DNA of 64,000 bases from Actinomycetes bacterium (GCA_037130755.1 JBAXSI010000018.1:918-64917); one strand, 5' to 3'. Shown: positions 19,516-28,497, counted from the first letter of the stretch. Program-made: numbers and translations. Notes: generated from the letters alone by a model not told the origin.

Positions 19516-21149
19516 CCGGCGGCCTCGTCAGGCTCGTCGCTCGAGTCGGCCAGTGCGGCCGACACCTGGTCGACGGTCAGCCAGGTGGCGGGGGAGAGGA
19601 TCTTCGCGACCTGCGGGGCGAACATCGGCGACGACGTCACGACGTCCAGCGTCGGGCCGTCCGCGACGATCTCGCCGTCGGCCAGGATCACCACCCGATC
19701 GGCGGCCTCCGCCACAAGTTCCACGTCGTGCGTCGCAAGAACGATCGCGTGCCCGGCCTCGGCGAGGTCGACGAGCAGGCGGGCGAACTTCGCCTTCGTC
19801 GGGTAGTCAAGGCCGCGCGTGGGCTCGTCCAGGAGCAGCAGGGGCGGGCGCGCGGCGAGGATCACGCACAGCGCGAGCAGCAGACGCTGTCCCTCCGACA
19901 GGTCGCGCGGATGCGTGCCGTCCTCGATCGCCGGTGCCATCAGCGCGAGCAGGGCGCGGGCGGTCCCGGGCTCGCAACCGGCGTCGCGGTCGGCGGCGCG
20001 GCATTCGTCGGCGACCGTGGTCGCCTCCAGCAGGTCCCCGGGCTCCTGGGGCACCAGTCCCACGGCGTGGATGAGGTCCGGGCCGGTCAGGCCGCGGGGG
20101 TCGCGGCCGCCGACGCGGACCGATCCGCCCACTCGCGGGCCCAGCCCGACGATGGCGTTGAGGAGCGTGGACTTGCCGGCGCCGTTGCGGCCCATCAGCG
20201 CGACGATCTCCCCTTCACCCACCTCGGTGGAGATCGATCGAAGGGCGGGCGTCGCGCCGTAGCGAACCGAGAGCGCGTCGGTCTGCACCAGGGCGCGTCG
20301 CTTCGTCGGCACGGGACGCAGGTGCGGGGTTCGGCCCACCAGCAGGTCGCGCAACGGCCCTGCCGCCCGGCGTGCGTCGCGGACGGAGAGCGGAAGCGGC
20401 TGCCAGCCAGCGAGCCGGCCCAGCTCGACGACCGGCGGCGCGATCGGCGCGCTGTTCATGATGTCTCTGGGCACGCCGGCCCGAAGGGGCTGACCGTCGC
20501 CGGGCACGACGATGACCTGGTCGGCGTACTGCACGACGCGCTCGAGTCGGTGCTCAGACATCACGACGGTGACGCCGAGGTCGTGGACGAGTCGCTGAAG
20601 GGCGGCGAGCACCTCTTCGGCCGCTCCTGGATCAAGGGCCGACGTGGGCTCGTCGAGGACGAGGACGCGCGGGTGCGACGTCAGGACGGCACCGATGGCC
20701 ACGCGTTGGCGCTGCCCGCCTGACAACGTCGCGAGCGGCCGACTGCGCAGATCGGCCAGGCTCAGCAGGTCGAGGGTCTCCTCGACGCGTCGGCGCATCA
20801 CGTCGGGAGCAAGTCCCAGGCACTCCATCCCGTAGGCGAGCTCGTCCTCGACCGTATCCGTGACGAAGCCGCTCATCGGATCCTGCGGCACCACGCCGAC
20901 GAGGTCCGCGAGCTCGCGCGGCGGGTGCGTCGCCGTGTCGCGGCCATCGACGATGACGCGCCCGGCGAGCGTCCCGCCGGTGAAGTGCGGCACGAGGCCG
21001 TTGATCGCTCGAAGGAGTGTCGTCTTGCCGCTGCCGGTTCGTCCCACGACGAGGACGAGTTCGCCCTCGGGTATCCGCAGGTCGACGTCGACCAGCACTG
21101 GCCTGGTCTGGCCGGGATACGTGATCGTCACGTGCTCGAAGCGGATCAT
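19512..21149 (-). CDS. ECF transporter fused ATPase (EcfA-EcfA')
   Basis: Trimmed to the ATG at 21149 (MIRFEHVTITYPG...), 545 aa. Two ABC cassettes: GRTGSGKTTLL / LSGGQRQRV and GRNGAGKSTLL / LSEGQRLLL. ATGA overlap with ecfT. Confidence 0.9.
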   Translation of the reverse strand: MIRFEHVTITYPGQTRPVLVDVDLRIPEGELVLVVGRTGSGKTTLLRAINGLVPHFTGGTLAGRVIVDGRDTATHPPRELADLVGVVPQDPMSGFVTDTVEDELAYGMECLGLAPDVMRRRVEETLDLLSLADLRSRPLATLSGGQRQRVAIGAVLTSHPRVLVLDEPTSALDPGAAEEVLAALQRLVHDLGVTVVMSEHRLERVVQYADQVIVVPGDGQPLRAGVPRDIMNSAPIAPPVVELGRLAGWQPLPLSVRDARRAAGPLRDLLVGRTPHLRPVPTKRRALVQTDALSVRYGATPALRSISTEVGEGEIVALMGRNGAGKSTLLNAIVGLGPRVGGSVRVGGRDPRGLTGPDLIHAVGLVPQEPGDLLEATTVADECRAADRDAGCEPGTARALLALMAPAIEDGTHPRDLSEGQRLLLALCVILAARPPLLLLDEPTRGLDYPTKAKFARLLVDLAEAGHAIVLATHDVELVAEAADRVVILADGEIVADGPTLDVVTSSPMFAPQVAKILSPATWLTVDQVSAALADSSDEPDEAAG

Positions 21150-22264
21150 GCGGCGGCCTGCAGGGGAGTGCGGCGCTCGACGCGTGCGGCGGTGGCGCCC
21201 GCGGGCAGGGCTGGTGCGGTGAGGGCGGGCGTCGCGGCGACGATGGCGGCGACGATCGCGACAACCGGCAGGCTCGGCCAGCCCGGCGGGCTCACGGGCG
21301 CTTGCAGGCCACTCACGTCGGACCAGGCGGCGGCCGCGAGCGACGTCGCCACGAACGCGCCGGCGAGGGCGACGAGCCATTCGGGTGCGCGCCAGGGATC
21401 GGGCCGGTAGCGCGTACGGACCGAACCGCGACCCGCCAGCACGGTGCCTGCCGTGGCCGCGAGCACGCCGACGGCGAGCATCGGCAGGCCGAGCAGTGCG
21501 GGGGAGTCGGCCGAGACCAGCCCGTAGGCCCCGATCGCAGCGGCGACGAGGCCGCCGAGGAGCAGGCCGGCACTCATGCGTCGACGCGCCGTCGGTGTGT
21601 CACCGCGCCGGCCGTAGCCGCGCGAGTCCATCGCCGCCGCCAGCGTGACGCTTCGCTCGAGGGCTCCTTCGAGCACGGGCACTGCGGCGCCCGCGATTGC
21701 CGTGAGGCCGGACGTCGCCCGGCCGCGCAGGCGTCGGGTCGCGCGCAGTCGGTCGACGTCGGCGACCAGTTGCGGGGTGAAGGTGAGGGCGACGACGACG
21801 CTGACGCCCAGTTCGTACAGCGCTGCCGGCACGCTCTTGAGCAGTCGCGTCGGAGAGGCAAGCGAGTTGGCGGCGCCGATGCAGATGAGGATCGTCGCCA
21901 GTCGAAGGCCGTCGTACACCGCCGGGAGCAGCGACTCCGCGGTCACGTCGCCGCCGAGTCGCAATCCGGCGAGCCAGGTCGGCAGCGTGAGACCGGGCAG
22001 GTGCACGAGCACGGTCGGTCCGAGCGAGGTGCCGAGGACGATCTGGACGAGCACCCGCACGACCACCACGACGATGCCGAGTCGGACGAACATCGCGAAC
22101 GAGCGGGCCCATGGTGCGTCCGGTCGTCGGGCCTGCACCACCACGGCTGCTGCGCCGATGAGCAGCAGGAGGATGAGCGGGTTCGTGGTGCGACTGGCGC
22201 CGGCGGCAAGCCCGAGTGCCCAGGCCCACCACGCACCCGGATGCAGCCAGCGGGGATCACCCAT
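21146..22264 (-). CDS. ECF transporter transmembrane component (EcfT/CbiQ family)
   Basis: Trimmed to the ATG at 22264 (MGDPRWLHPGAWWAWALGL...), 372 aa and polytopic. Overlaps the upstream gene by 8 nt. Confidence 0.8.
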   Translation of the reverse strand: MGDPRWLHPGAWWAWALGLAAGASRTTNPLILLLLIGAAAVVVQARRPDAPWARSFAMFVRLGIVVVVVRVLVQIVLGTSLGPTVLVHLPGLTLPTWLAGLRLGGDVTAESLLPAVYDGLRLATILICIGAANSLASPTRLLKSVPAALYELGVSVVVALTFTPQLVADVDRLRATRRLRGRATSGLTAIAGAAVPVLEGALERSVTLAAAMDSRGYGRRGDTPTARRRMSAGLLLGGLVAAAIGAYGLVSADSPALLGLPMLAVGVLAATAGTVLAGRGSVRTRYRPDPWRAPEWLVALAGAFVATSLAAAAWSDVSGLQAPVSPPGWPSLPVVAIVAAIVAATPALTAPALPAGATAARVERRTPLQAAA

Positions 22265-22976
22265 GGTGGTCCTCCGTGGCCCGACGTCGATAGGCGATCG
22301 AGCCCAGTGCTGCCCCCACGAGCAGGACGACGGCGACGGCGATCGTCGCCCACGGGGACCCGGAGTCGACGGGAGCTGCGGGTGCCGCGGCGGTCGTTGC
22401 GTCGGCGGAGGCGACCGCCGCGGGTGACGCGGCAGTCGCCTGCGCGACCCGCTGCGCCTCAGCATCGCCGAGGATCGGCGCACACTCGCCCTTCGGGAAG
22501 CCCGCGAGGGAGCAAATGAGCCCGCCCTCGGCGTGCACCGGCGCGATCGTCTGGAGAACCGTGGCCCCGGTCGCGTCCTTGGCGACGACGACGCACTCAG
22601 TGACGAGCGCCGGAGGGATCTGTCCCTCGGGAGCGATCGTCGTCGGACCGGAGTCGATCACCAGGCCCACACGCTTCATCCCGTCGGCGGCTGCGGTGGC
22701 GCCGCAGATCGCGGCGAAGTCCGGCGCCACGCGCGGTGTGTCCTGCCCGGTACCGGCCTGCGTGGTCACGGCGAAGCGCCAACCCTCGACGGTGCCATCG
22801 GCCGGGATCGTTGTCGCAGGTCCCTGCGTGGCGAACGCCCACGAACTCCCGCTGCCCTGCCAGTACGTCCAGTAGCGGAAAGCCGCGGCGTTCGCCGAGG
22901 GCGCTACGAACAGGCCGACCGCCAGCGTGACCAGCGCCATGGCACTGGCCCGCACAACGGTCGACCTGATTCGCAC
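22257..22976 (-). CDS. secreted, C-terminally membrane-anchored protein of unknown function (I recall this family being labelled SCO2322 family)
   Basis: 239 aa with signal peptide MRIRSTVVRASAMALVTLAVGLFVAPSANA. The mature part starts AFRYWTYWQGSGSSWAF...VEGWRF. Ala-rich linker, C-terminal TM helix WATIAVAVVLLVGAALGSIAY, then RRR. Confidence 0.7.
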   Translation of the reverse strand: MRIRSTVVRASAMALVTLAVGLFVAPSANAAAFRYWTYWQGSGSSWAFATQGPATTIPADGTVEGWRFAVTTQAGTGQDTPRVAPDFAAICGATAAADGMKRVGLVIDSGPTTIAPEGQIPPALVTECVVVAKDATGATVLQTIAPVHAEGGLICSLAGFPKGECAPILGDAEAQRVAQATAASPAAVASADATTAAAPAAPVDSGSPWATIAVAVVLLVGAALGSIAYRRRATEDHHG

Positions 22977-22978
22977 TG

Positions 22979-24070
22979 CTACTTCCTGATGCTTGCGTTG
23001 AGCGACGACACGAGGTTGACGCCGCCGAAGCTGCCCGCCTTGCTGCCGGTCGCATCAGCGACGAGCAGCAATAGCCCCAGTGCGCCGGGATCGGGCCCGC
23101 CGGAGTGCGTCGTGAAGGCCGGGGCGCTCGCCTTCAGCGCCGCCGTTGCGCGGCCGACTGCAGCGCGTCCCTTGTTCGCTCCGACGAGTGCGAGCACAGC
23201 TGCCGCGGTGTTGGCGTAGTCGGGATCGCTCCCGAACGGGGATGCCAGAGTGCCCGTCGTGGCGAGGGCCTTGGCCAGGTAGGCGGACGCCTTCGCCTTC
23301 GCGGTGTTCGCGCACGGCGCCGCGACGGCGAGCTTCCTCGGACCGCTCACAGGCAGTGTCCCGTTGATGCCGACCAGGCCCTGTGCGGTAGCGGATGCGT
23401 TGACGGCTCCGCCGCTCTGGAAGGCGAAACCGCCGCTGGACGAACAGGGCGCGGACAGTGAGCCCAGGTATCTGGTGGCCTTCTTATAGGCAGCGAAGTC
23501 GAAGCTCGGGGCCATCGACAGCATCGCGGCCAGGGACAGTCCCGTCGAGTTCGCATCGGAGGCCCCGCCTGACGTCCAGGGGAAGCCGCCGTCGGAGCCC
23601 TGCTGCTTCGTCAGCCAGTCGCCGGCCTTCACGGCGGCGTCGATCGCGCGCCCGACAAGGGTCGGGCTGGCGGAGTCATGGTCCTGCAGGGCCATCAGGG
23701 CCATCAGCGCCATAGCGGTGGAGTTGGTGTCCGGGCCGGTGAAGTTCTTCGGGTCTGGGGCCTCGCACGGCTTGCTGAGGTCGGCTCGGTAGGCCTGGAA
23801 GGAGCCGCTCGCGCACTGCTGGTCGAGCAGCCACGTGATCGCCGCTGGTGCCGGCTTGGCACCGACGGCCCCAAGGCCCAGCAGCGCGAGGGACTGGCGG
23901 TACACCCCGTCGTAGGTCGGGTCGGCGGCACCGTAGAGGCCGACGGTGGCGCTGGGAGCCGCGCTGGCGGCCGGGGCGAGGGCTGTCGATGCGAATGCCG
24001 CGCTGGCGACGACGCCGATGACGGCGATGGAACTGCTGAGCCTTCGGCGAAGGCTGGACTGCTGGGTCAT
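22979..24070 (-). CDS. secreted prenyltransferase/squalene-cyclase-repeat (alpha/alpha toroid) protein
   Basis: 363 aa with signal peptide ...AFASTALAPAASAAP. Repeated Q-x-x-x-G-x-F/W type motifs (LLDQQCASGSFQ, LTKQQGSDGGFPW, SSSGGFAFQ). First gene after the riboswitch; SD aaggaag precedes the ATG. Confidence 0.75.
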   Translation of the reverse strand: MTQQSSLRRRLSSSIAVIGVVASAAFASTALAPAASAAPSATVGLYGAADPTYDGVYRQSLALLGLGAVGAKPAPAAITWLLDQQCASGSFQAYRADLSKPCEAPDPKNFTGPDTNSTAMALMALMALQDHDSASPTLVGRAIDAAVKAGDWLTKQQGSDGGFPWTSGGASDANSTGLSLAAMLSMAPSFDFAAYKKATRYLGSLSAPCSSSGGFAFQSGGAVNASATAQGLVGINGTLPVSGPRKLAVAAPCANTAKAKASAYLAKALATTGTLASPFGSDPDYANTAAAVLALVGANKGRAAVGRATAALKASAPAFTTHSGGPDPGALGLLLLVADATGSKAGSFGGVNLVSSLNASIRK

Positions 24071-24119
24071 GGACTTCCTTGGGTGAGCGGGGCCGGACCG
24101 GTGACGCCGCGCCCCCTTC

Positions 24120-24305
24120 GACCAAAACCCCTATTGCTGAACGCAACAGGGGACGGTCGGGTGGTGACCCGAGCTCCCGTCCCGTTACCTCGACGGATGG
24201 AGCCGCTCGCGTTCGCCAGGTGCTCCGACTCACCCCACACGGGGGAACACGGTTGCGGGACAGCGCCGGGATCGCACCGGACTTCCCCTGGACGTCGAAC
24301 GAGTG
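24120..24305 (-). promoter_or_regulatory. cobalamin (B12) riboswitch
   Basis: The minus strand contains the conserved core GGGGAAGUCCGGUGCGAUCCCGGCGCUGUCCCGCAACCGUG (plus coordinates 24247..24287) and the B12 box GAGUCGGAGCACCUGG (24215..24230). It is closed by cguucg/cgaacg and ccagg/ccugg helices (24209..24300). Confidence 0.85.
24123..24151 (-). terminator. weak candidate attenuator hairpin in the riboswitch expression platform
   Basis: The minus strand reads cccct-gttgcgttcagcaat-agggg-tttt. Its 5' arm overlaps the 3' arm of a stronger 7-bp hairpin (gggacgg...ccgtccc, 24149..24182), giving mutually exclusive folds. The stem is only 5 bp. Confidence 0.3.
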
Positions 24306-24409
24306 GATTCAGTTGTGGTGCGATCCGACCATGCAGCGACCCCCGGTGTCAAAGAATGCGAGCCCGCCTTTCCCCAACGCAGGCCAGGTGACACGGAGAT
24401 ACTCCGAGG

Positions 24410-25789
24410 ATGAGCTTTCGCCCTGAGGCATACGACGGCCCGCTGGATCGCGCCAGCATCCACGCCCGCTCCTGGCTGGCGGGCCTTCCGGACCGCCGCA
24501 TCCCACCGGTCGGCGACGTCGATTCGATCGCCGCGGAACTGGGTGGGCCACTGCCGGAGGGCTCCACCGATCCCGCGGCGGTGGTCGACCTGCTTGCCCG
24601 GCATGTCGAGCCGGGGCTCATGTCCATGGGTTCGGGACGATTCTTCGGCTGGGTGATCGGTGGTGCGCTCCCGGCGGCTCTAGGGGCCGACTGGCTGGTC
24701 AGCGCCTGGGACCAGAACGCTGCGATCCGCTTCGCGACGCCGGGCGTCATCGGGGCCGAGCAGGCAGCGGCCGCCTGGCTCCTGGACCTCATGTCCCTGC
24801 CGTCCGGCGCGCAGGTGTCCTTCGTGACGGGCGGAACGACCGCCAACTTCGCCGGCTTGGCCGCCGGCCGACAGCGGGTGCTCGAGTCCGCTGGCTGGGA
24901 TCTCGACAGCGATGGGCTGGCCGGCTCCCCGCGCGTCACCGTGATCGTGGGCGCTGATCGGCACAGCTCCGTCGACATCGCGCTGCGCTACCTCGGACTC
25001 GGCGCTCCCACGCCGGTCGACGCCGACGACCAAGGGCGGATCCGACCTGAGGCCCTCGTCGCCGCACTGGAGCGCATCGACGGTCCGCTCATCGTCGCGC
25101 TGCAGGCGGGCAACCTGCACTCGGGTGCCTTTGACGCCGTCGGTGAGTGCGCCGACCTGGTGCACGATCGCGGGGGATGGGTGCACGTCGACGGCGCGTT
25201 CGGGCTCTGGGCGGCGGCCTCGCCGCGGCTGCGCGAACTCGTGCCCGGACTTGAGCGAGCCGACTCGTGGGCTACCGATGCCCACAAGTCCCTGAACACC
25301 CCCTACGACTGCGGGATCGCCATCGTTCGCGATCCCGCGGCGCTGCGGTCGGCCTTCGGGTTCAGGGCTGCCTACCTCGTCCAGTCCGAGGGTCCGGCCG
25401 ACCCCTTCGAGACGGTCCCTGAGTTCTCGCGCCGCGCCCGGGGCGTGCCCGTCTGGGCCGCCCTGCGATCGCTCGGGCGGGCCGGCGTCGCCGACCTCAT
25501 CGAAGGGTTCGTCGCCAACGCCCAGGCGATCGCGGCCGGCATCGCCGAGATCCCCGGCGCGCGGATCCTCAACGATGTCGTCTTCTCGCAGGTGTCGGTC
25601 GCTTTCGAAAGCGACGAGCGGACCCGCCTCGTCACCCAACGACTGCTGGCCGATGGCGTGACGTGGATGTCAGGGTCGAGGTGGCGGGGTCACGACGTCA
25701 TGAGGGTGTCGGTGAGCAACTGGTCGACCGATGCTCGCGACGTCCAGATGAGCATCGAGGCCGTCCGGCGTGCGGCGGGCACGGCCTAG
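24410..25789 (+). CDS. PLP-dependent decarboxylase (group II, aspartate aminotransferase fold)
   Basis: 459 aa with the PLP-lysine motif SWATDAHKSLNTPYDCG and FVTGGTTANF. Confidence 0.8.
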   Translation: MSFRPEAYDGPLDRASIHARSWLAGLPDRRIPPVGDVDSIAAELGGPLPEGSTDPAAVVDLLARHVEPGLMSMGSGRFFGWVIGGALPAALGADWLVSAWDQNAAIRFATPGVIGAEQAAAAWLLDLMSLPSGAQVSFVTGGTTANFAGLAAGRQRVLESAGWDLDSDGLAGSPRVTVIVGADRHSSVDIALRYLGLGAPTPVDADDQGRIRPEALVAALERIDGPLIVALQAGNLHSGAFDAVGECADLVHDRGGWVHVDGAFGLWAAASPRLRELVPGLERADSWATDAHKSLNTPYDCGIAIVRDPAALRSAFGFRAAYLVQSEGPADPFETVPEFSRRARGVPVWAALRSLGRAGVADLIEGFVANAQAIAAGIAEIPGARILNDVVFSQVSVAFESDERTRLVTQRLLADGVTWMSGSRWRGHDVMRVSVSNWSTDARDVQMSIEAVRRAAGTA

Positions 25790-25799
25790 CGGAAGCCGT

Positions 25800-26009
25800 C
25801 TACTCGATCGGTCGAAGGCTCATCGGGCCGTAGACGACATGGTCGTCCTCGAAGAGCACGACGCCTTCGATCCCGGAGTCGAGCAGCTCCTGCCACGTCT
25901 CGCCGATCCACGTCTCGGCATCGGACTGAGTGGGGAACTCCTGCGAATGGGGCGGCTGCTGGTCGACCGGCTGGCCTTCGCTGTCGGTGTAGTGCCAGGT
26001 CCAGGGCAT
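25800..26009 (-). CDS. small conserved acidic actinobacterial protein, unknown function
   Basis: 69 aa (MPWTWHYTDSEGQPV...FPTQSDAETWIGETWQELL...VYGPMSLRPIE). G/C-rich third positions; 14 nt downstream of the AKR gene. Confidence 0.6.
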   Translation of the reverse strand: MPWTWHYTDSEGQPVDQQPPHSQEFPTQSDAETWIGETWQELLDSGIEGVVLFEDDHVVYGPMSLRPIE

Positions 26010-26023
26010 CGGGACTCCTCAGG

Positions 26024-27025
26024 TCAGGGACGGGTGCTCGGGGAGACGGTCAGGGCGGGATCGGCCGTCACGACATCGCCCAGGGCCAAGTCGATCGCAC
26101 TGAGCACATCCGCGTCGAGTGTCACGCCCGATGCCTTCGCATTGTCGACGATCTGCGCGGGGCGGGAGGCTCCGACGATGGCCGACGAGACATTGGGGTT
26201 GGCGAGCACCCACGCGATGGCGAGCTGGGCCGGCGTGAGGCCAAGGTCCGCGGCGATCGGCAGGAGGCGTTGGACGGCGGTGAGGACGTCGTCGCGGAGC
26301 CAGCGCGACACCATGTTCGCGCCCTCCTCGGACGCGTTGGCCCGTGAGTCCGCCGGCGGCTGCTCGCCCGGCAGGTACTTCCCCGTCAGGACCCCCTGCG
26401 CAATGGGCGACCACACGATCTGGCCGACACCGAGCTCCTCGCTGGTGGGCACGACCTCGGGCTCGATGACGCGCCACAGCATCGAGTACTGCGGCTGGTT
26501 GGAGACGATGCGGTCGAAGCCCATCTCCTCGGCCAGGCGCACCGCCTCGCGGATCTCCGCGGCCGTCCACTCCGACACCCCGACGTAGAGGACCTTGCCC
26601 TGGCGGACGAGGTCGTCGAATGCCCGAAGTGTCTCCTCGAGCGGGGTCTCGTAGTCGAAGCGGTGCGCCTGGTACAGGTCGACGTAGTCGGTGTGCAGTC
26701 GACGCAGCGAGTTGTGGCAGGACTCCATGATGTGCTTGCGCGACAGCCCACGGTCGTTCACGCCGGGGCCGGTCGGCCAGTACACCTTGGTGAAGATCTC
26801 GATGCCCTCGCGGCGTTGCCCCTTGAGCGCCTCGCCCATCACGGCCTCGGCCTTGGTGCCCGCGTAGACGTCGGCCGTGTCGAAGGTCGTGATGCCGGCA
26901 TCGAGTGCTGCATGGATCGTGGCATGCGCGGTGGGATCGTCGACGTGGCCGCCATGCGTCACCCAGTTGCCGAACGTGATCTCGCTGACCTTCAGGCCGC
27001 TGCGGCCGAGGTGGCGGAACTTCAT
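26024..27025 (-). CDS. aldo/keto reductase
   Basis: 333 aa with MKFRHLGRSGLKVSEITFGNW...TFDTADVYA... Confidence 0.9.
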   Translation of the reverse strand: MKFRHLGRSGLKVSEITFGNWVTHGGHVDDPTAHATIHAALDAGITTFDTADVYAGTKAEAVMGEALKGQRREGIEIFTKVYWPTGPGVNDRGLSRKHIMESCHNSLRRLHTDYVDLYQAHRFDYETPLEETLRAFDDLVRQGKVLYVGVSEWTAAEIREAVRLAEEMGFDRIVSNQPQYSMLWRVIEPEVVPTSEELGVGQIVWSPIAQGVLTGKYLPGEQPPADSRANASEEGANMVSRWLRDDVLTAVQRLLPIAADLGLTPAQLAIAWVLANPNVSSAIVGASRPAQIVDNAKASGVTLDADVLSAIDLALGDVVTADPALTVSPSTRP

Positions 27026-27058
27026 GGTCTCTCCCGGACGTGCGATCGGCGTTGGGTA

Positions 27059-27679
27059 CTAGGCCTTCGGGGTCTTGGGTGCCTTCGGCGGGACCGGCGC
27101 ACCGCCGCGCCTGACGCGGGGCGGTGGCAGTCGAAGGCGGCGCAACTGCAGCGATCGCATCACCGCGTAAAGCGTGATGCCCTTGCGGTCGGCGGCCTCG
27201 GGGAACACCGTCTTGGCACGCAGGTTGAGCTGGACCAGCAGGACGACCGTGTCGACGATGATCAGCGCGGTGAGGGCGAAGAACGCGATGGTGACGAACG
27301 ACTGGACGGTCGCGTTGCGCAGGAACCCCAGCAGCAGGACGGCGATCGCGAAGAAGATGAAGTACTCGGCCAGGGTGAACCTGGAGTCGACGAAGTCGCG
27401 GGTGAACGCCTTGGCGGGGCCCTTGTCCCGTGCGGGCAGGTAGCGCTCGTCGCCGGCCATCATGGCCGCGCGCGACTTGGCTCGCTCGTCGCGGTCGCGC
27501 TCCCGGGCGGCCTTCTTGGCCTCCTTGGGGTCCGATGGGATCTTCATCTGGCTCTTGCGCGCGGCCTCGGCCTCGCGGCGGGACGGCGTGGGCCGGCCCT
27601 TGCCGCTGGTGGGGGACGACTCTTCCGAGGCCGGCACGGAGGCCTGGTCGTCGGCGGGGGTCGACTTACGTCCGAACAT
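27059..27679 (-). CDS. DUF3043-like membrane protein
   Basis: Trimmed to the ATG at 27679 (MFGRKSTPADDQ...), 206 aa. Basic N-terminal region, then two TM helices. Confidence 0.75.
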   Translation of the reverse strand: MFGRKSTPADDQASVPASEESSPTSGKGRPTPSRREAEAARKSQMKIPSDPKEAKKAARERDRDERAKSRAAMMAGDERYLPARDKGPAKAFTRDFVDSRFTLAEYFIFFAIAVLLLGFLRNATVQSFVTIAFFALTALIIVDTVVLLVQLNLRAKTVFPEAADRKGITLYAVMRSLQLRRLRLPPPRVRRGGAPVPPKAPKTPKA

Positions 27680-27761
27680 GATCCGTGAGCCTATCCGGTG
27701 CGCGCCCAGGCGCCGACGCATAGGCTGGTGGGGACGTTCCCGTCTAGAAGGGTTTGCGAAC

Positions 27762-28490
27762 ATGGGCCTGTGGCAGCGCTTTAAGCTGATCTTCTCGTCG
27801 AAGGCGAACAAGGCCCTCGACAAGGCCGAAGACCCCCGCGAGGTGCTCGACTACTCGTACGAGAAGCAGCTCGAGCTGCTCCAGAAGGTGCGCCGTGGCG
27901 TCGCCGACGTGGCAACCAGCCGCAAGCGCCTCGAGCTCCAGATCCAGGGCCTGTCGCAGCAGACGGCCAAGCTCGACGACCAGGCGCGCGCGGCACTCGC
28001 CGGCGGTCGTGAGGACCTGGCCCGCGAGGCGCTCACCCGCAAGAGCGGGCTGACGCAGCAGATCGCCGACCTGCAGGTGCAGCTGGCACAGTTGCAGGAG
28101 CAGGAGGAGAAGCTCACGGTCGCGTCGCAGCAACTGCAGGCGAAGGTCGAGGCGTTCCGCACCAAGAAGGAGACCATCAAGGCGACCTACTCGGCGGCCG
28201 AGGCGCAGACCAAGATCAGCGAGGCCGTCTCCGGCATCTCCTCCGAGCTTGGTGACGTAGGCATGGCGGTGCAGCGCGCCGAAGACAAGACCGCGCAGAT
28301 GCAGGCGCGCGCTGGCGCGATCGACGAACTGCTTGCATCGGGCGCCCTGACCGACGCCACCGGCACCGGCAAGGACAGCCTCACTCTCGAGCTCGAGCGC
28401 ATGGCCAGCGAGCAGGACGTCAACTCGCAGCTGGATGCACTCAAGGCCGAGATCTCGGCCCCGGCGCCGAAGCCGGAGATCGAGGGCTAG
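27762..28490 (+). CDS. pspA: PspA/IM30 family protein
   Basis: Trimmed to the ATG at 27762 (MGLWQRFKLIFSSKANKALDKAEDPREVLDYSYEKQLE...), 242 aa, coiled-coil throughout. Confidence 0.9.
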   Translation: MGLWQRFKLIFSSKANKALDKAEDPREVLDYSYEKQLELLQKVRRGVADVATSRKRLELQIQGLSQQTAKLDDQARAALAGGREDLAREALTRKSGLTQQIADLQVQLAQLQEQEEKLTVASQQLQAKVEAFRTKKETIKATYSAAEAQTKISEAVSGISSELGDVGMAVQRAEDKTAQMQARAGAIDELLASGALTDATGTGKDSLTLELERMASEQDVNSQLDALKAEISAPAPKPEIEG

Positions 28491-28497
28491 GAGTCGC

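Noticed and set aside
24410-25789. PLP decarboxylase as part of the B12 operon (for example a CobD-type threonine-phosphate decarboxylase)
   Set aside because: It is divergently transcribed, so it is not behind the riboswitch. It has group II decarboxylase features rather than the CobD/HisC-like aminotransferase type.
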